32,000 bases of DNA from Cupriavidus necator (GTDB lineage: Bacteria > Pseudomonadota > Gammaproteobacteria > Burkholderiales > Burkholderiaceae): NCBI RefSeq assembly GCF_016127575.1, contig NZ_CP066018.1:780001-812000 (forward strand), given 5' to 3'. Each line of letters starts with the position of its first letter. The first letter of the stretch is position 1. Of the stretch, positions 17,839 through 26,856 are shown piece after piece. The notes beneath the pieces are model-generated. The model saw nothing but the letters and a program-made list of their open reading frames with translations, did no database searches and was not told the origin of the DNA. Both the position numbers and the translations under genes were made by a program.

Positions 17839-18888
17839 ATGAAGATCTCCCTCACCAGCGCCCGCCAGCTTGCCCGCGACATCCTCGCCGCGCAGCAGGT
17901 GCCCGCCGACATCGCTGACGACGTGGCCGAGCACCTGGTCGAATCCGACCGCTGCGGCTATATCAGCCACGGCCTGTCGATCCTGCCCAACTACCGCACC
18001 GCCCTCGACGGCCACAGCGTCAACCCGCAAGGCCGCGCCAAATGCGTGCTGGACCAGGGCACGCTGATGGTGTTCGACGGCGACGGCGGCTTCGGCCAGC
18101 ACGTGGGCAAGTCCGTGATGCAAGCAGCGATCGAGCGCGTGCGCCAGCATGGCCACTGCATCGTCACTCTGCGCCGCTCGCACCATCTCGGCCGCATGGG
18201 CCACTACGGCGAGATGGCGGCCGCCGCCGGCTTTGTGCTGCTGAGCTTCACCAACGTGATCAACCGCGCGCCGGTGGTGGCGCCGTTCGGCGGCCGCGTG
18301 GCGCGGCTCACCACCAACCCGCTGTGTTTCGCCGGCCCGATGCCCAACGGGCGGCCGCCTCTGGTGGTGGACATCGCCACCAGCGCGATTGCCATCAACA
18401 AGGCCCGTGTGCTGGCCGAGAAAGGCGAGCCGGCGCCCGAAGGCAGCATCATCGGCGCCGACGGCAACCCCACCACCGACGCGTCAACCATGTTCGGCGA
18501 ACACCCCGGCGCGCTGCTGCCCTTTGGCGGCCACAAGGGCTACGCACTGGGCGTTGTGGCCGAGCTGCTGGCGGGCGTGCTGTCCGGCGGCGGTACCATC
18601 CAGCCAGACAATCCGCGCGGCGGCGTGGCCACCAACAACCTGTTCGCGGTGCTGCTCAATCCCGCGCTGGACCTGGGCCTGGACTGGCAGAGCGCCGAGG
18701 TCGAGGCGTTCGTGCGCTACCTGCACGACACACCGCCGGCGCCGGGCGTCGACCGCGTGCAGTACCCCGGCGAGTACGAGGCCGCCAACCGGGCGCAGGC
18801 CAGCGACACGCTAAACATCAACCCGGCCATCTGGCGCAATCTTGAGCGCCTGGCGCAGTCGCTCAACGTGGCCGTCCCCACGGCCTGA
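17839..18888 (+). CDS. Ldh_2 family (malate/L-lactate/ureidoglycolate-type) NAD(P)H oxidoreductase
   Basis: GGAGG 7 nt upstream. ESDRCGYISHGLSILPNY, RSHHLGRMGHYGE and FGGHKGYALGVVAELLAG are typical Ldh_2 motifs. Confidence 0.8.
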   Translation: MKISLTSARQLARDILAAQQVPADIADDVAEHLVESDRCGYISHGLSILPNYRTALDGHSVNPQGRAKCVLDQGTLMVFDGDGGFGQHVGKSVMQAAIERVRQHGHCIVTLRRSHHLGRMGHYGEMAAAAGFVLLSFTNVINRAPVVAPFGGRVARLTTNPLCFAGPMPNGRPPLVVDIATSAIAINKARVLAEKGEPAPEGSIIGADGNPTTDASTMFGEHPGALLPFGGHKGYALGVVAELLAGVLSGGGTIQPDNPRGGVATNNLFAVLLNPALDLGLDWQSAEVEAFVRYLHDTPPAPGVDRVQYPGEYEAANRAQASDTLNINPAIWRNLERLAQSLNVAVPTA

Positions 18889-18946
18889 AGGTTCCGCCTG
18901 CGGCGGGACTCGCACCCTGCCGCACACGGCTGGCACAATACGTGCC

Positions 18947-19642
18947 ATGAAAAGACTCTGGTCCGCCTTCATCAAGCTGCTGGTGCTCGCCGTGATCGGC
19001 GGCGCGCTGCTGGCTGCCATCGCCATCCTGGCCGCCAACCGGCAGCTGCCGTCGCTCGACGCCCTCACCGCCTTCCGCCATACGCCCGACTACGTGCCCA
19101 TCGGCAAGATCCCGCGCGAGCTGACCGGCGCCGTGGTGGCGATCGAGGATGAGCGCTTCTACGTGCATGACGGCATCGACTACATCGGCGTCGTCCGTGC
19201 CGGCGTTGCCAACCTGTCGGACGAGCTGTCGCAGGGGGCATCGACCATCACCATGCAGGTGGCACGCAATTTCTACCTGTCGCGGGACAAGACCTATACC
19301 CGCAAGCTGTACGAGGTGCTGCTTTCATACCGGATTGAAAAGGCGCTGACCAAGGACGAGATCCTGGAGTTGTACATGAACAAGATCTACCTGGGCCAGG
19401 GGGCGTACGGCTTTGCCGATGCGGCGCGGACTTACTTTGGCAAGCGGCTGGATCAGTTGACGCTGGCTGAGTGTGCGATGCTTGCCGGGCTCCCCAAGGC
19501 GCCGTCGGCTAATAATCCGGTGGCGAATCCGAGGCGGGCGCGGCAGCGGCAGGTTTATATCCTGCAGCGGATGCTGGAGCTTGGACGGATCTCGCGAGGA
19601 GAGTATGACGGGGCATTGCTGGAGCCGTTGAGGCTGAGGTAA
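18947..19642 (+). CDS. stand-alone GT51 peptidoglycan glycosyltransferase (PBP1A N-terminal-module-like)
   Basis: Start at ATG 18947 with an N-terminal TM. GT51 motifs EDERFYVHDGID, GASTITMQVARN, RKLYEVLLSYRIE, KDEILELYMNKIYLG and GLPKAPSANNP. It ends after 231 aa with no transpeptidase domain. Confidence 0.8.
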   Translation: MKRLWSAFIKLLVLAVIGGALLAAIAILAANRQLPSLDALTAFRHTPDYVPIGKIPRELTGAVVAIEDERFYVHDGIDYIGVVRAGVANLSDELSQGASTITMQVARNFYLSRDKTYTRKLYEVLLSYRIEKALTKDEILELYMNKIYLGQGAYGFADAARTYFGKRLDQLTLAECAMLAGLPKAPSANNPVANPRRARQRQVYILQRMLELGRISRGEYDGALLEPLRLR

Positions 19643-20422
19643 GCCGTCGGTAATGGCGCTGGCAGAAAATTCCCCCCTGGAGGAAGGATCAGAGTCCGGC
19701 CACGATTCGGCGAATGGAAGCAACGCCGTCAATCTCGATAGCGCAGTGGGCAGCGGACTGCCAAACGCTGCCAAGGCTGCCATCGCGCAATAGGCCCGGG
19801 GGCCAGTCGTCTCGCGTTGACTTTGGCCCGATAACGCCGTCGCCTGAAGCGCCAGGCCGGGATGGGCCAGCCGCCTGAGCGAACGCTGGGCACGCTCACG
19901 CCAGCCTGGCCGATGGCGGGCCCAGAGGGCATCGACCGCCGCGGCCAGGCCGGTGCGGTCCGCCGTGTGTGTGTGGCCGTGCACGATTTGCACCAAATCG
20001 GTAAGCCACTGTGCGGGCGCGGCAAGGATATGACCGGCCCATTGCGCGCTCGCGGCCTGCCAGACCACCAGCGGATAGCGGCGCCCAACCCGGTCATGCG
20101 ATGCAGCCAAGACACCGAGCAGGTAGCTGCTTTCGCTGGGAAACTGCAGGCCGCACGGCCGCAGGATGAAGAGGCATGGTCCAGACGGGCGCAAGCGGGA
20201 CTGAACCGAGAGACTGGGCGGGGTCAGGTGCAGCCAATGCCGGACGCCGCCGCCCGCGGAATGCGACGCCGCCCTCGCCAGGAGTTCGTCGTCCCGATGA
20301 TCGAACCAGCTCCGCCACGCCTGCACCTGGTCCAGCGGCGCATTGTGGCGAACAAAGTCTCCCAGCGCTGGCAGCTTGCCGAAAATCGACGGCGCCGTGA
20401 TCACCCGGATCTCCCGGGACAC
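19325..20422 (-). CDS. tagF: T6SS-associated protein TagF (DUF2094-like) with an unusually long C-terminal tail
   Basis: N-terminus ...PSIFGKLPALGDFVRHN is the TagF signature. Start is GTG 20422, or GTG 20404 which overlaps the tssM stop as GTGA. There is no stop codon until 19325-19327, inside the convergent GT51 gene. Confidence 0.65.
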   Translation of the reverse strand: MSREIRVITAPSIFGKLPALGDFVRHNAPLDQVQAWRSWFDHRDDELLARAASHSAGGGVRHWLHLTPPSLSVQSRLRPSGPCLFILRPCGLQFPSESSYLLGVLAASHDRVGRRYPLVVWQAASAQWAGHILAAPAQWLTDLVQIVHGHTHTADRTGLAAAVDALWARHRPGWRERAQRSLRRLAHPGLALQATALSGQSQRETTGPRAYCAMAALAAFGSPLPTALSRLTALLPFAESWPDSDPSSRGEFSASAITDGLPQPQRLQQCPVILSSRDPSKLQHPLQDINLPLPRPPRIRHRIISRRRLGEPGKHRTLSQRQLIQPLAKVSPRRIGKAVRPLAQVDLVHVQLQDLVLGQRLFNPV

Positions 20423-23400
20423 TGGAAGCCCTGCAGCAGCCCGGTGGTCCAGGGGTTGGCGAGGCTGCCGGTATTGATATCGAGCTTCGCCCTGCGGCCG
20501 TCGAAGTCATATTCGGCCATGAAGTGGCTGGCGCTAGCGGAGCCGGCGAGCCTGCCCTTGGCAATCACCCGCATCAGGGCCCACGGGCCGTTGGCGGCCA
20601 GCGTCGAGGTATCCGGACGAATCCGGGGGCTGGCAGTGATCTCGGCCCCTTGCCCGCCCCGCGGTCCCGGCCAGGTCACCTTGAGCGGGATGACCGGACC
20701 GTGCACGTAACGCTGGCTCTGTCCGTCGAAGTCCATGTTCAGCTCGACGATTTCGGGATCGAGTTCCACCACCTTCAGGTCGACCTTCCAGGCCATCTTC
20801 TTCGCTCCCGGATCCCGGAAGAACACTTCCCGGATTTCCCTGGCGCGCTGGAACGGCACCAGACTCGGGCCAGCCACGGGCGGCACGTCGGGGGCGGTCA
20901 GCTTGTAGCGCCAAGGCGAGATGGTGGTATCCACGTGCGGCGCCAACACCTTCTGGAAAAAGTCGTCCAACACTCCGCCCGCGGCGAAGACGCGTGCAAA
21001 GTCTTCCGGGTCCACGTCCTGCATCGACGTCGGCGTGAACGGATACTTGCCGTCGATGGCGCCGCGGCAGCTCTCGCCGATGACGGCGTCCATCTGCGCA
21101 ATCAGGATATCGCCAACACCCTTGTTGACGTCCCTGGCGCCCTGCACGACCAGGTCGGTCAGCACCGCCTTGAAGGGCGCCGGCAGCTTCGCCGCCTCCA
21201 TGCGCAACTGCTCGCCTGCATCCGCGGGCGGCGGCAGGTTCCGGGTGCTCAGCGCGTTATTGGCCACTACCAGACTGGTGTAGTAAGCATTGACGATGCC
21301 GGCAATCGTATCCAGTTGCGGCTTGCCGGCGGTGTCCCGCGCGCCTGGCGCCGCCGCGTCGGCCTGGCCGGTAACCACTTCGCGCAGCGCGGCGAAGCGG
21401 TTATCGACCAGCTCGCGTTCCTGACGGGCCTCGGCACGCACGCTCAGTGCGCTGGCTTTGTCGGCCTTCTTGTCCAGCGCTGACAACGCCTTCTCCGCAA
21501 GGGACTTTTCCTCGGGCTCGAGCGTGCGGCTGAGCGTCGTTTCTTGCACCGCGGCCCTGCCCAGCCGGGCAAGCGGTGAATCCGGCGCGGCAAAGTTGCG
21601 CAGGATCTCCAGGTCAAAGGCCAGGTTGCTTCCCGTCACGGTCCGGATGTCACCCAGAAACTTCTCCCAGTTCCGGGCATATTCGCTCAGGTAAAGGCGC
21701 CGGATCTCGCGCGTGAGCGGATCATTGCCCGTGAGCCGGCCGACGGCATTGTCAGCCGTTTTTTTTTGAGCGCCAGGCCCTGTTCCACGCCCCATCACCC
21801 AAATGTCGACCGCCTGCGCCCTGGCGACAAACTCCGGCAAACGGACATTGAACAGGTCGTGGTAGCCGGCATAGGTAAAAAGCCCCGGAATACCGCGCTC
21901 CAGCGGCTCGCCGCTGGCCCGGGTAAAGACCGTGCCGGCCTGGGGACCGACCGCGCGCACCAGCGTGAAATCCTGCGGTGCCTCTTCCATCATGGCCGCC
22001 TTGGCGCGGTCATACAGGCGTTCGACCGAGGTATCGCTGTCCAGGAAATCGCGCGCCGAGCGGATCAGTGCCTCGTTCTTTGCGTAGGGCGACAAGACCG
22101 GCCGGCTGCCATCGAGCAGGCTGTCCAGATGCTCCAGCACCGCCACGCGGCCACCAAAGGCATCCGCCCCGTTGCCCGTCGCCCAGTCGCTGCGCACCCA
22201 GCTACGCACGTCGGATGCGTTGAACTTGTCCTTGTCATGCAGCATCAGGTAGACCCGCAGCGTGTCGTAGGCCTGCTTGGCGTCGCGCTGACTGACCGCC
22301 GTTGACAGCACCGCTTCGACCCGGCGCACCAGGTACGGCACCAGCAGGTTGTCCTGCAACCTGGTATGGGTCAAGGTCGCGGCGCCCAGCACCGGCACCA
22401 CGCTGTACAGGCCATAGCGCCAATCAGCAGAAGGATTGACCAGATCCAGGCCGGCGTAGGCAGGCAGGTCGCGGGCCGCTCCCAACACCTCCGGCATCGC
22501 ATCAGGCTGCGGCTTCTTGTAAAACGCCGTTACCGTGGCGGCCAGCGCCTTGGCTTTCTCCTGCACCACCGCCAGATAGCTGCGATTGTCGCCAAAGCTC
22601 GTATAGAGCGCTCCGGCTAGCCACAGGGAAATGACCAGCACCAGCGCATGGCCAAACAGGCGCAACAGGCGGAAGCGGAACTCCCAGCGCAGGTTCGGCT
22701 TCACCAGGTGCGCCTCGGGCACGATGATGCGCTTGAAGACGTCCTGCAGGAAGTAGCTGCGGTTGCCGGTTGACTTTTCCGCGACGGCGGCGTCCTGGGC
22801 GCCAGACTTCCCGTTGCCACGCACCCGCCGGATCACGGTGCTCGCATCCGCGACGATCGCTTCCCCGGTTTGCGCCGCACTGGTGAAATACACGCCGCGC
22901 AACATGGAATTCCGCTCGGTGTCGTCATAGCGCGAGTCAAGGAATACCTGCTCCAGCATCGCGACAAGCGGCTCCGTCACGCTCGCGAACTCGTCGCTCA
23001 GCGCGTAGAGCGCCCGGCGTCGGGCCAGATCGAACTCCTCATACAGCCGTCCGACCTGCCCGGCTTCCAGCCGCTCCACCAGCGCCCACATCTCCTCACG
23101 GCACTGCGCAACAACATCGATTGCTGGCTGTCCCCGCCGCCGCTTTCCCGCAACCGGAAAGGTGAACCCCAAAGGCTGGGCACGGCCTTCGCTGGTCAGG
23201 TACTGGCAATAGTCCGTGAAGCCGGCAAGCTGATCGACCTTGGTCACCAGCACGTAGACAGGAAACTGGATGCCCAGTTCCTCGCGCAGTTCGGCCAGGC
23301 GCGCCCGAATCCTGGCCGCTTCGATCACCCGCTCCTCTTTGGAGTGCCAAAGCAGGTCCTCCACGCTGATCGTCACCAGCGCGCCGTTGATCGGGGCGCG

Positions 23401-24222
23401 GGCGCGATATTTTCGCAGCAGGCCGAGGAATCCCTTCCATTCTGCCGGGTCGATCGCCGAACCCGCTTCCTGCGCCGTATAGCGGCCTGCCGTGTCGATC
23501 AGAACCGCCTCATTGGTGAACCACCAATCTGCCTGCTCGGTGCCATCCCGTGCGCGAGCCGCCGCACTCATCTGACCCGCGATAGGGAATTGCAGTCCGG
23601 CGTTCAGCAACGCCGTCGTCTTGCCGGCCCCCGGCACGCCAACCATCATGTACCAGGGCAGTTCATAGAGGTAGCGGCGGCCTTCGAACAGGCGACCGAC
23701 CCGGCTGCCGCTACGCATGCCCTTGAGTTGTCGCAGGGCAGTCTGAACCGCCGTGTTCAGCCTGGCGATTTCATCCTTGGCCACAACCTCCTCGCGCTTC
23801 CCGCCAAAGTTCAGCAGGCTCTCGACAAAAGTCTTGTCCGTGCGTGCGCGCTGCCAAAGCAGGTACAACACATAGCCGACGAACACGAGCACAATCGCCG
23901 CGATCAGCAGAATGCGGACTGAGCTCGGCTCCAGCGGATGGCTGGCGCCAATCGCAAGCAACGGCCCCGCATGCCAGATCAGCAGACACAGCGCGGCGAG
24001 GCCTGTCGTGGAGACCGGCCAGCCAAGCAACCAGAACAGCGTCGTTGCCAGCAACAGCACCATGAGCGTGACGCGCGCGCCGATGCCCGCCAGCGGATGC
24101 ATGCTACTGAACCCGAGCAGCGGCCCGATGAACCAGATAGCTGCCGCGACCATGAGCACGGCAATGAGCGCGAGCGTCTGCCGGGAGAACAGCACAGCGC
24201 CGATACGTTTCAGAAATTCCAT
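20401..24222 (-). CDS. tssM: T6SS membrane-complex subunit TssM (IcmF)
   Basis: 1273 aa. N-terminal TM helices, Walker A GVPGAGKTT, ...VLIDTAGR..., a further TM (LFGHALVLVISLWLAGALY) and a long periplasmic C-terminal region. Context is tssJ-K-L-M. Confidence 0.95.
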   Translation of the reverse strand: MEFLKRIGAVLFSRQTLALIAVLMVAAAIWFIGPLLGFSSMHPLAGIGARVTLMVLLLATTLFWLLGWPVSTTGLAALCLLIWHAGPLLAIGASHPLEPSSVRILLIAAIVLVFVGYVLYLLWQRARTDKTFVESLLNFGGKREEVVAKDEIARLNTAVQTALRQLKGMRSGSRVGRLFEGRRYLYELPWYMMVGVPGAGKTTALLNAGLQFPIAGQMSAAARARDGTEQADWWFTNEAVLIDTAGRYTAQEAGSAIDPAEWKGFLGLLRKYRARAPINGALVTISVEDLLWHSKEERVIEAARIRARLAELREELGIQFPVYVLVTKVDQLAGFTDYCQYLTSEGRAQPLGFTFPVAGKRRRGQPAIDVVAQCREEMWALVERLEAGQVGRLYEEFDLARRRALYALSDEFASVTEPLVAMLEQVFLDSRYDDTERNSMLRGVYFTSAAQTGEAIVADASTVIRRVRGNGKSGAQDAAVAEKSTGNRSYFLQDVFKRIIVPEAHLVKPNLRWEFRFRLLRLFGHALVLVISLWLAGALYTSFGDNRSYLAVVQEKAKALAATVTAFYKKPQPDAMPEVLGAARDLPAYAGLDLVNPSADWRYGLYSVVPVLGAATLTHTRLQDNLLVPYLVRRVEAVLSTAVSQRDAKQAYDTLRVYLMLHDKDKFNASDVRSWVRSDWATGNGADAFGGRVAVLEHLDSLLDGSRPVLSPYAKNEALIRSARDFLDSDTSVERLYDRAKAAMMEEAPQDFTLVRAVGPQAGTVFTRASGEPLERGIPGLFTYAGYHDLFNVRLPEFVARAQAVDIWVMGRGTGPGAQKKTADNAVGRLTGNDPLTREIRRLYLSEYARNWEKFLGDIRTVTGSNLAFDLEILRNFAAPDSPLARLGRAAVQETTLSRTLEPEEKSLAEKALSALDKKADKASALSVRAEARQERELVDNRFAALREVVTGQADAAAPGARDTAGKPQLDTIAGIVNAYYTSLVVANNALSTRNLPPPADAGEQLRMEAAKLPAPFKAVLTDLVVQGARDVNKGVGDILIAQMDAVIGESCRGAIDGKYPFTPTSMQDVDPEDFARVFAAGGVLDDFFQKVLAPHVDTTISPWRYKLTAPDVPPVAGPSLVPFQRAREIREVFFRDPGAKKMAWKVDLKVVELDPEIVELNMDFDGQSQRYVHGPVIPLKVTWPGPRGGQGAEITASPRIRPDTSTLAANGPWALMRVIAKGRLAGSASASHFMAEYDFDGRRAKLDINTGSLANPWTTGLLQGFQCPGRSG

Positions 24223-24234
24223 GCCTGACCCCGA

Positions 24235-25512
24235 TTACGGCGTTACAACGATTTCGACCCGGCGATTCCTTGCCCGGGCGGCTGGCGTCTTGTTGTCGGT
24301 AAGCGGCTCCGAATCGCCCTTGCCAATCGCTTCGAGCCGATTCTTTGCGACGCCCTTGCTGGCCAGGTACTCTGTCACGGTCGCAGCACGCTCTTCCGAC
24401 AGCACCTGGTTTGACGGGTACTTCGCCGTCTTGATGGGAACGTTGTCGCTGTGGCCGACCACGGTCACCTTGCCGGATACCTTGTTGATTTCTCCGGCAA
24501 CCTTGTCCAGCAACGGCAGGACCTTGTCGCTGACCTCGGCGCGGCCACCGCCGAACATGTCATCCCCGCGGAACGTGACGGCACTGCGGGTCGCATCCTC
24601 CTGTACGCTGATAACCCCACGCGCAATCTCATCCTTGAGCAACTCGGCGAGGCGCAGCGCCTTGGGCGGCTCCGGCGGTGTTGCCTTGCCGATGGCGAGG
24701 ATTTGCTGTTCGAGATCGTGGGTGCGGAACAAGAGTTGGTACTTGTACCAGGCGAACTGGCCAAAGACCGCCAGTGCCAGCACCGACGCCGTGACCCACA
24801 CCGGCACTGTGCGAAGCAGGCTGAGGCGCCCGGCGTCCGCGCCGCGCCAGTGTGGCGACAGGTCGCGCGGCACGCTTTCGCGTGCCGCGCTGATCAGGTG
24901 CAACAACCGCTGCCGAATGGCGTCGAGCTGGCGATCGCCATCGGCGTGGCCAGCATAGCGGCCAAGGAAGCCGAGTGACAAGATGTGATAGATCACCTCG
25001 ATCACGTCCATGTGCTCTGCGGCGGAGCTCGCCAGCCGCCCCAACAACTGGAACACCTTCTCGCCGCCATCGTTTTCGCCATGCAGCTGGATCAGCAAGC
25101 TGTTGTTCGCCCAGGTATGGCGCCCCCATGGCATGCCATTGGCAGCCTCATCCAGCGCCGTGCACAGACAATACTGTGCAGCCAGAACGTGCTCGCGCCG
25201 AATATTGGCGCGCTCGCAGACTGCCTGAAAATCTTTCGCTTCCCCCACCAGAATTCCCTTCAGTGCAGCCGCCTGATCCTGTCGCAGCGATGTCGGCATG
25301 TCGGCCAGTGCGCGCAACAGCGGCCGCGCTGCCGCAAGCAAGGGATTGGCCTTGCGGCTGATCTCTTCCACCCGCTGCTCAACGGACTTGCGCGCGTCGT
25401 TCTGGCTGCTCGCCTCCGCTGCGGCGCGTGGGCTCGCGCGATCTCCTGCCTTGGCAGGCTGTGCTGCTTGCGAGTCCAATTGGGGATCACTCGACACAAG
25501 TGGCTTGCTCAT
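24235..25512 (-). CDS. tssL: T6SS TssL (DotU) fused to a C-terminal OmpA/MotB peptidoglycan-binding domain
   Basis: Start at ATG 25512 overlaps the tssK stop (ATGA). DotU region (NPLLAAARPLLRAL...), TM (VPVWVTASVLALAVFGQFAWY) and an OmpA-like end (VVGHSDNVP...LSEERAATV...NRRVEIVV). Confidence 0.9.
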   Translation of the reverse strand: MSKPLVSSDPQLDSQAAQPAKAGDRASPRAAAEASSQNDARKSVEQRVEEISRKANPLLAAARPLLRALADMPTSLRQDQAAALKGILVGEAKDFQAVCERANIRREHVLAAQYCLCTALDEAANGMPWGRHTWANNSLLIQLHGENDGGEKVFQLLGRLASSAAEHMDVIEVIYHILSLGFLGRYAGHADGDRQLDAIRQRLLHLISAARESVPRDLSPHWRGADAGRLSLLRTVPVWVTASVLALAVFGQFAWYKYQLLFRTHDLEQQILAIGKATPPEPPKALRLAELLKDEIARGVISVQEDATRSAVTFRGDDMFGGGRAEVSDKVLPLLDKVAGEINKVSGKVTVVGHSDNVPIKTAKYPSNQVLSEERAATVTEYLASKGVAKNRLEAIGKGDSEPLTDNKTPAARARNRRVEIVVTP

Positions 25513-26852
25513 TGCCGCACTCCCCACAGTTCCATACGCAACTCAGGAAAGGTCCCCGCTACGTGCAGCGCCAGCCCACCGTACTGCGCCACCTGGTCCC
25601 AGAGCGGGTGCTGCTGGGACAGTTCAAAGTAGACATGGCCAGCATTGAACGGGATCTGCCGTGGCGGCACCGGCAATGACTGCAGCGGAATTCCAGGAAG
25701 ATGGGACCGAACCAGTTCCGCCAACCGCGCAGACGGCCCCACCTTGGTCTGGGCCGGAAACTGCTGCTGCAACAGATCCGCCGGAACCTGCGCGGTCACC
25801 GCCAGCACAAAGGTCGCGAAACGGCCGATCTCGCCCGGATCGAGCACCGCCGTTCGGATCCCATGTGACTGCTCCGTGATTTCAATCCGCTGCGCAGCGC
25901 GTTCCAGCACCACATTGAGCAGGAAGCGCAGGTCGTCAACCAATGGCTTCAGGCAAAGATGCGGAGCATCGTGCCGATAAGCCGCATGCTCAGCCGGCCG
26001 ACGGGTCTGGGTGCGCACGAACGTCGACAGTTCCCCCGACAATGCCGCCAGGTGCAGGTACAACACCTCTGGCGACGCGGCCTTGGCCTTCAGCAGGTGG
26101 GTCAGAATCGGCTCGTACCGGTTCAGCAATTGGAGGATCAGGTATTCCGATACTTCGGCAGCATCCCCGCCCCGCATAGTGGCAGCAGACAGGCGCTCGG
26201 CCATCGCATCGGCCCTGAGATGCAGGAGGCCGTGGATTTCGGTAAGCCATGTTTGAAGCAATGCACTGGCCGTGTAGACATTGACCGGCGGAATCAGCGC
26301 TGCATCCAGTCTGGCACTGCCATCGGCGCGGATTTCCGTCACTCTTGTCAACGGCAGGCCAAGCCAGGACTCGGAGAGTTCCTTCTCCGGCAAAAGCCGA
26401 AGACGCAAGTCTGCCAACTGCACCAGTTTTGGTCCCTGTGCGATCGAATTCGCATCCAGCAATTCCTGCTCAAAGGCACGGTATCGCGCCAGGGAATCCG
26501 TGGCATCATCGAAATTCGTTTCTTCCGCATTTGGCGTGCGGATCGGCACCGCCAGACAGATGATCTGATTCAGGTGCTCGGCCTGAAGCGCAAGCGGCGC
26601 CGGCACTGCCGTATGTGCCGGAGCGTCAAAGGGCGTACCGTCCTGGAAGATTCCAGCGGCACTGGAGACCACCAGCTTACCCAGCGAGAGCGCTTCAGCA
26701 TCGATCGAGAAATGGTGAAAGCCCCAGAAGAACGGGCTGAGCGCGGCGCTACGCTTGTGCGCGTAGTGTTCCAGATAGCGCTCCTGCTGCTGAAAGAGTT
26801 GCGGGCGCAGGAACAGTCCCTCGCTCCAGACGACCTTGTTGTACCAGCTCAT
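25509..26852 (-). CDS. tssK: T6SS baseplate subunit TssK
   Basis: Start at ATG 26852. MSWYNKVVWSEGLFLRPQLFQQQERY is the canonical TssK N-terminus. 447 aa. Confidence 0.9.
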   Translation of the reverse strand: MSWYNKVVWSEGLFLRPQLFQQQERYLEHYAHKRSAALSPFFWGFHHFSIDAEALSLGKLVVSSAAGIFQDGTPFDAPAHTAVPAPLALQAEHLNQIICLAVPIRTPNAEETNFDDATDSLARYRAFEQELLDANSIAQGPKLVQLADLRLRLLPEKELSESWLGLPLTRVTEIRADGSARLDAALIPPVNVYTASALLQTWLTEIHGLLHLRADAMAERLSAATMRGGDAAEVSEYLILQLLNRYEPILTHLLKAKAASPEVLYLHLAALSGELSTFVRTQTRRPAEHAAYRHDAPHLCLKPLVDDLRFLLNVVLERAAQRIEITEQSHGIRTAVLDPGEIGRFATFVLAVTAQVPADLLQQQFPAQTKVGPSARLAELVRSHLPGIPLQSLPVPPRQIPFNAGHVYFELSQQHPLWDQVAQYGGLALHVAGTFPELRMELWGVRQ

Positions 26853-26856
26853 GGAT

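Noticed and set aside
18894-18906. A small hairpin (CCGCC-tgc-GGCGG) after the Ldh_2 gene, as a terminator.
   Set aside because: The stem is only 5 bp with no U-tract, which is not distinguishable from background in this GC-rich sequence.
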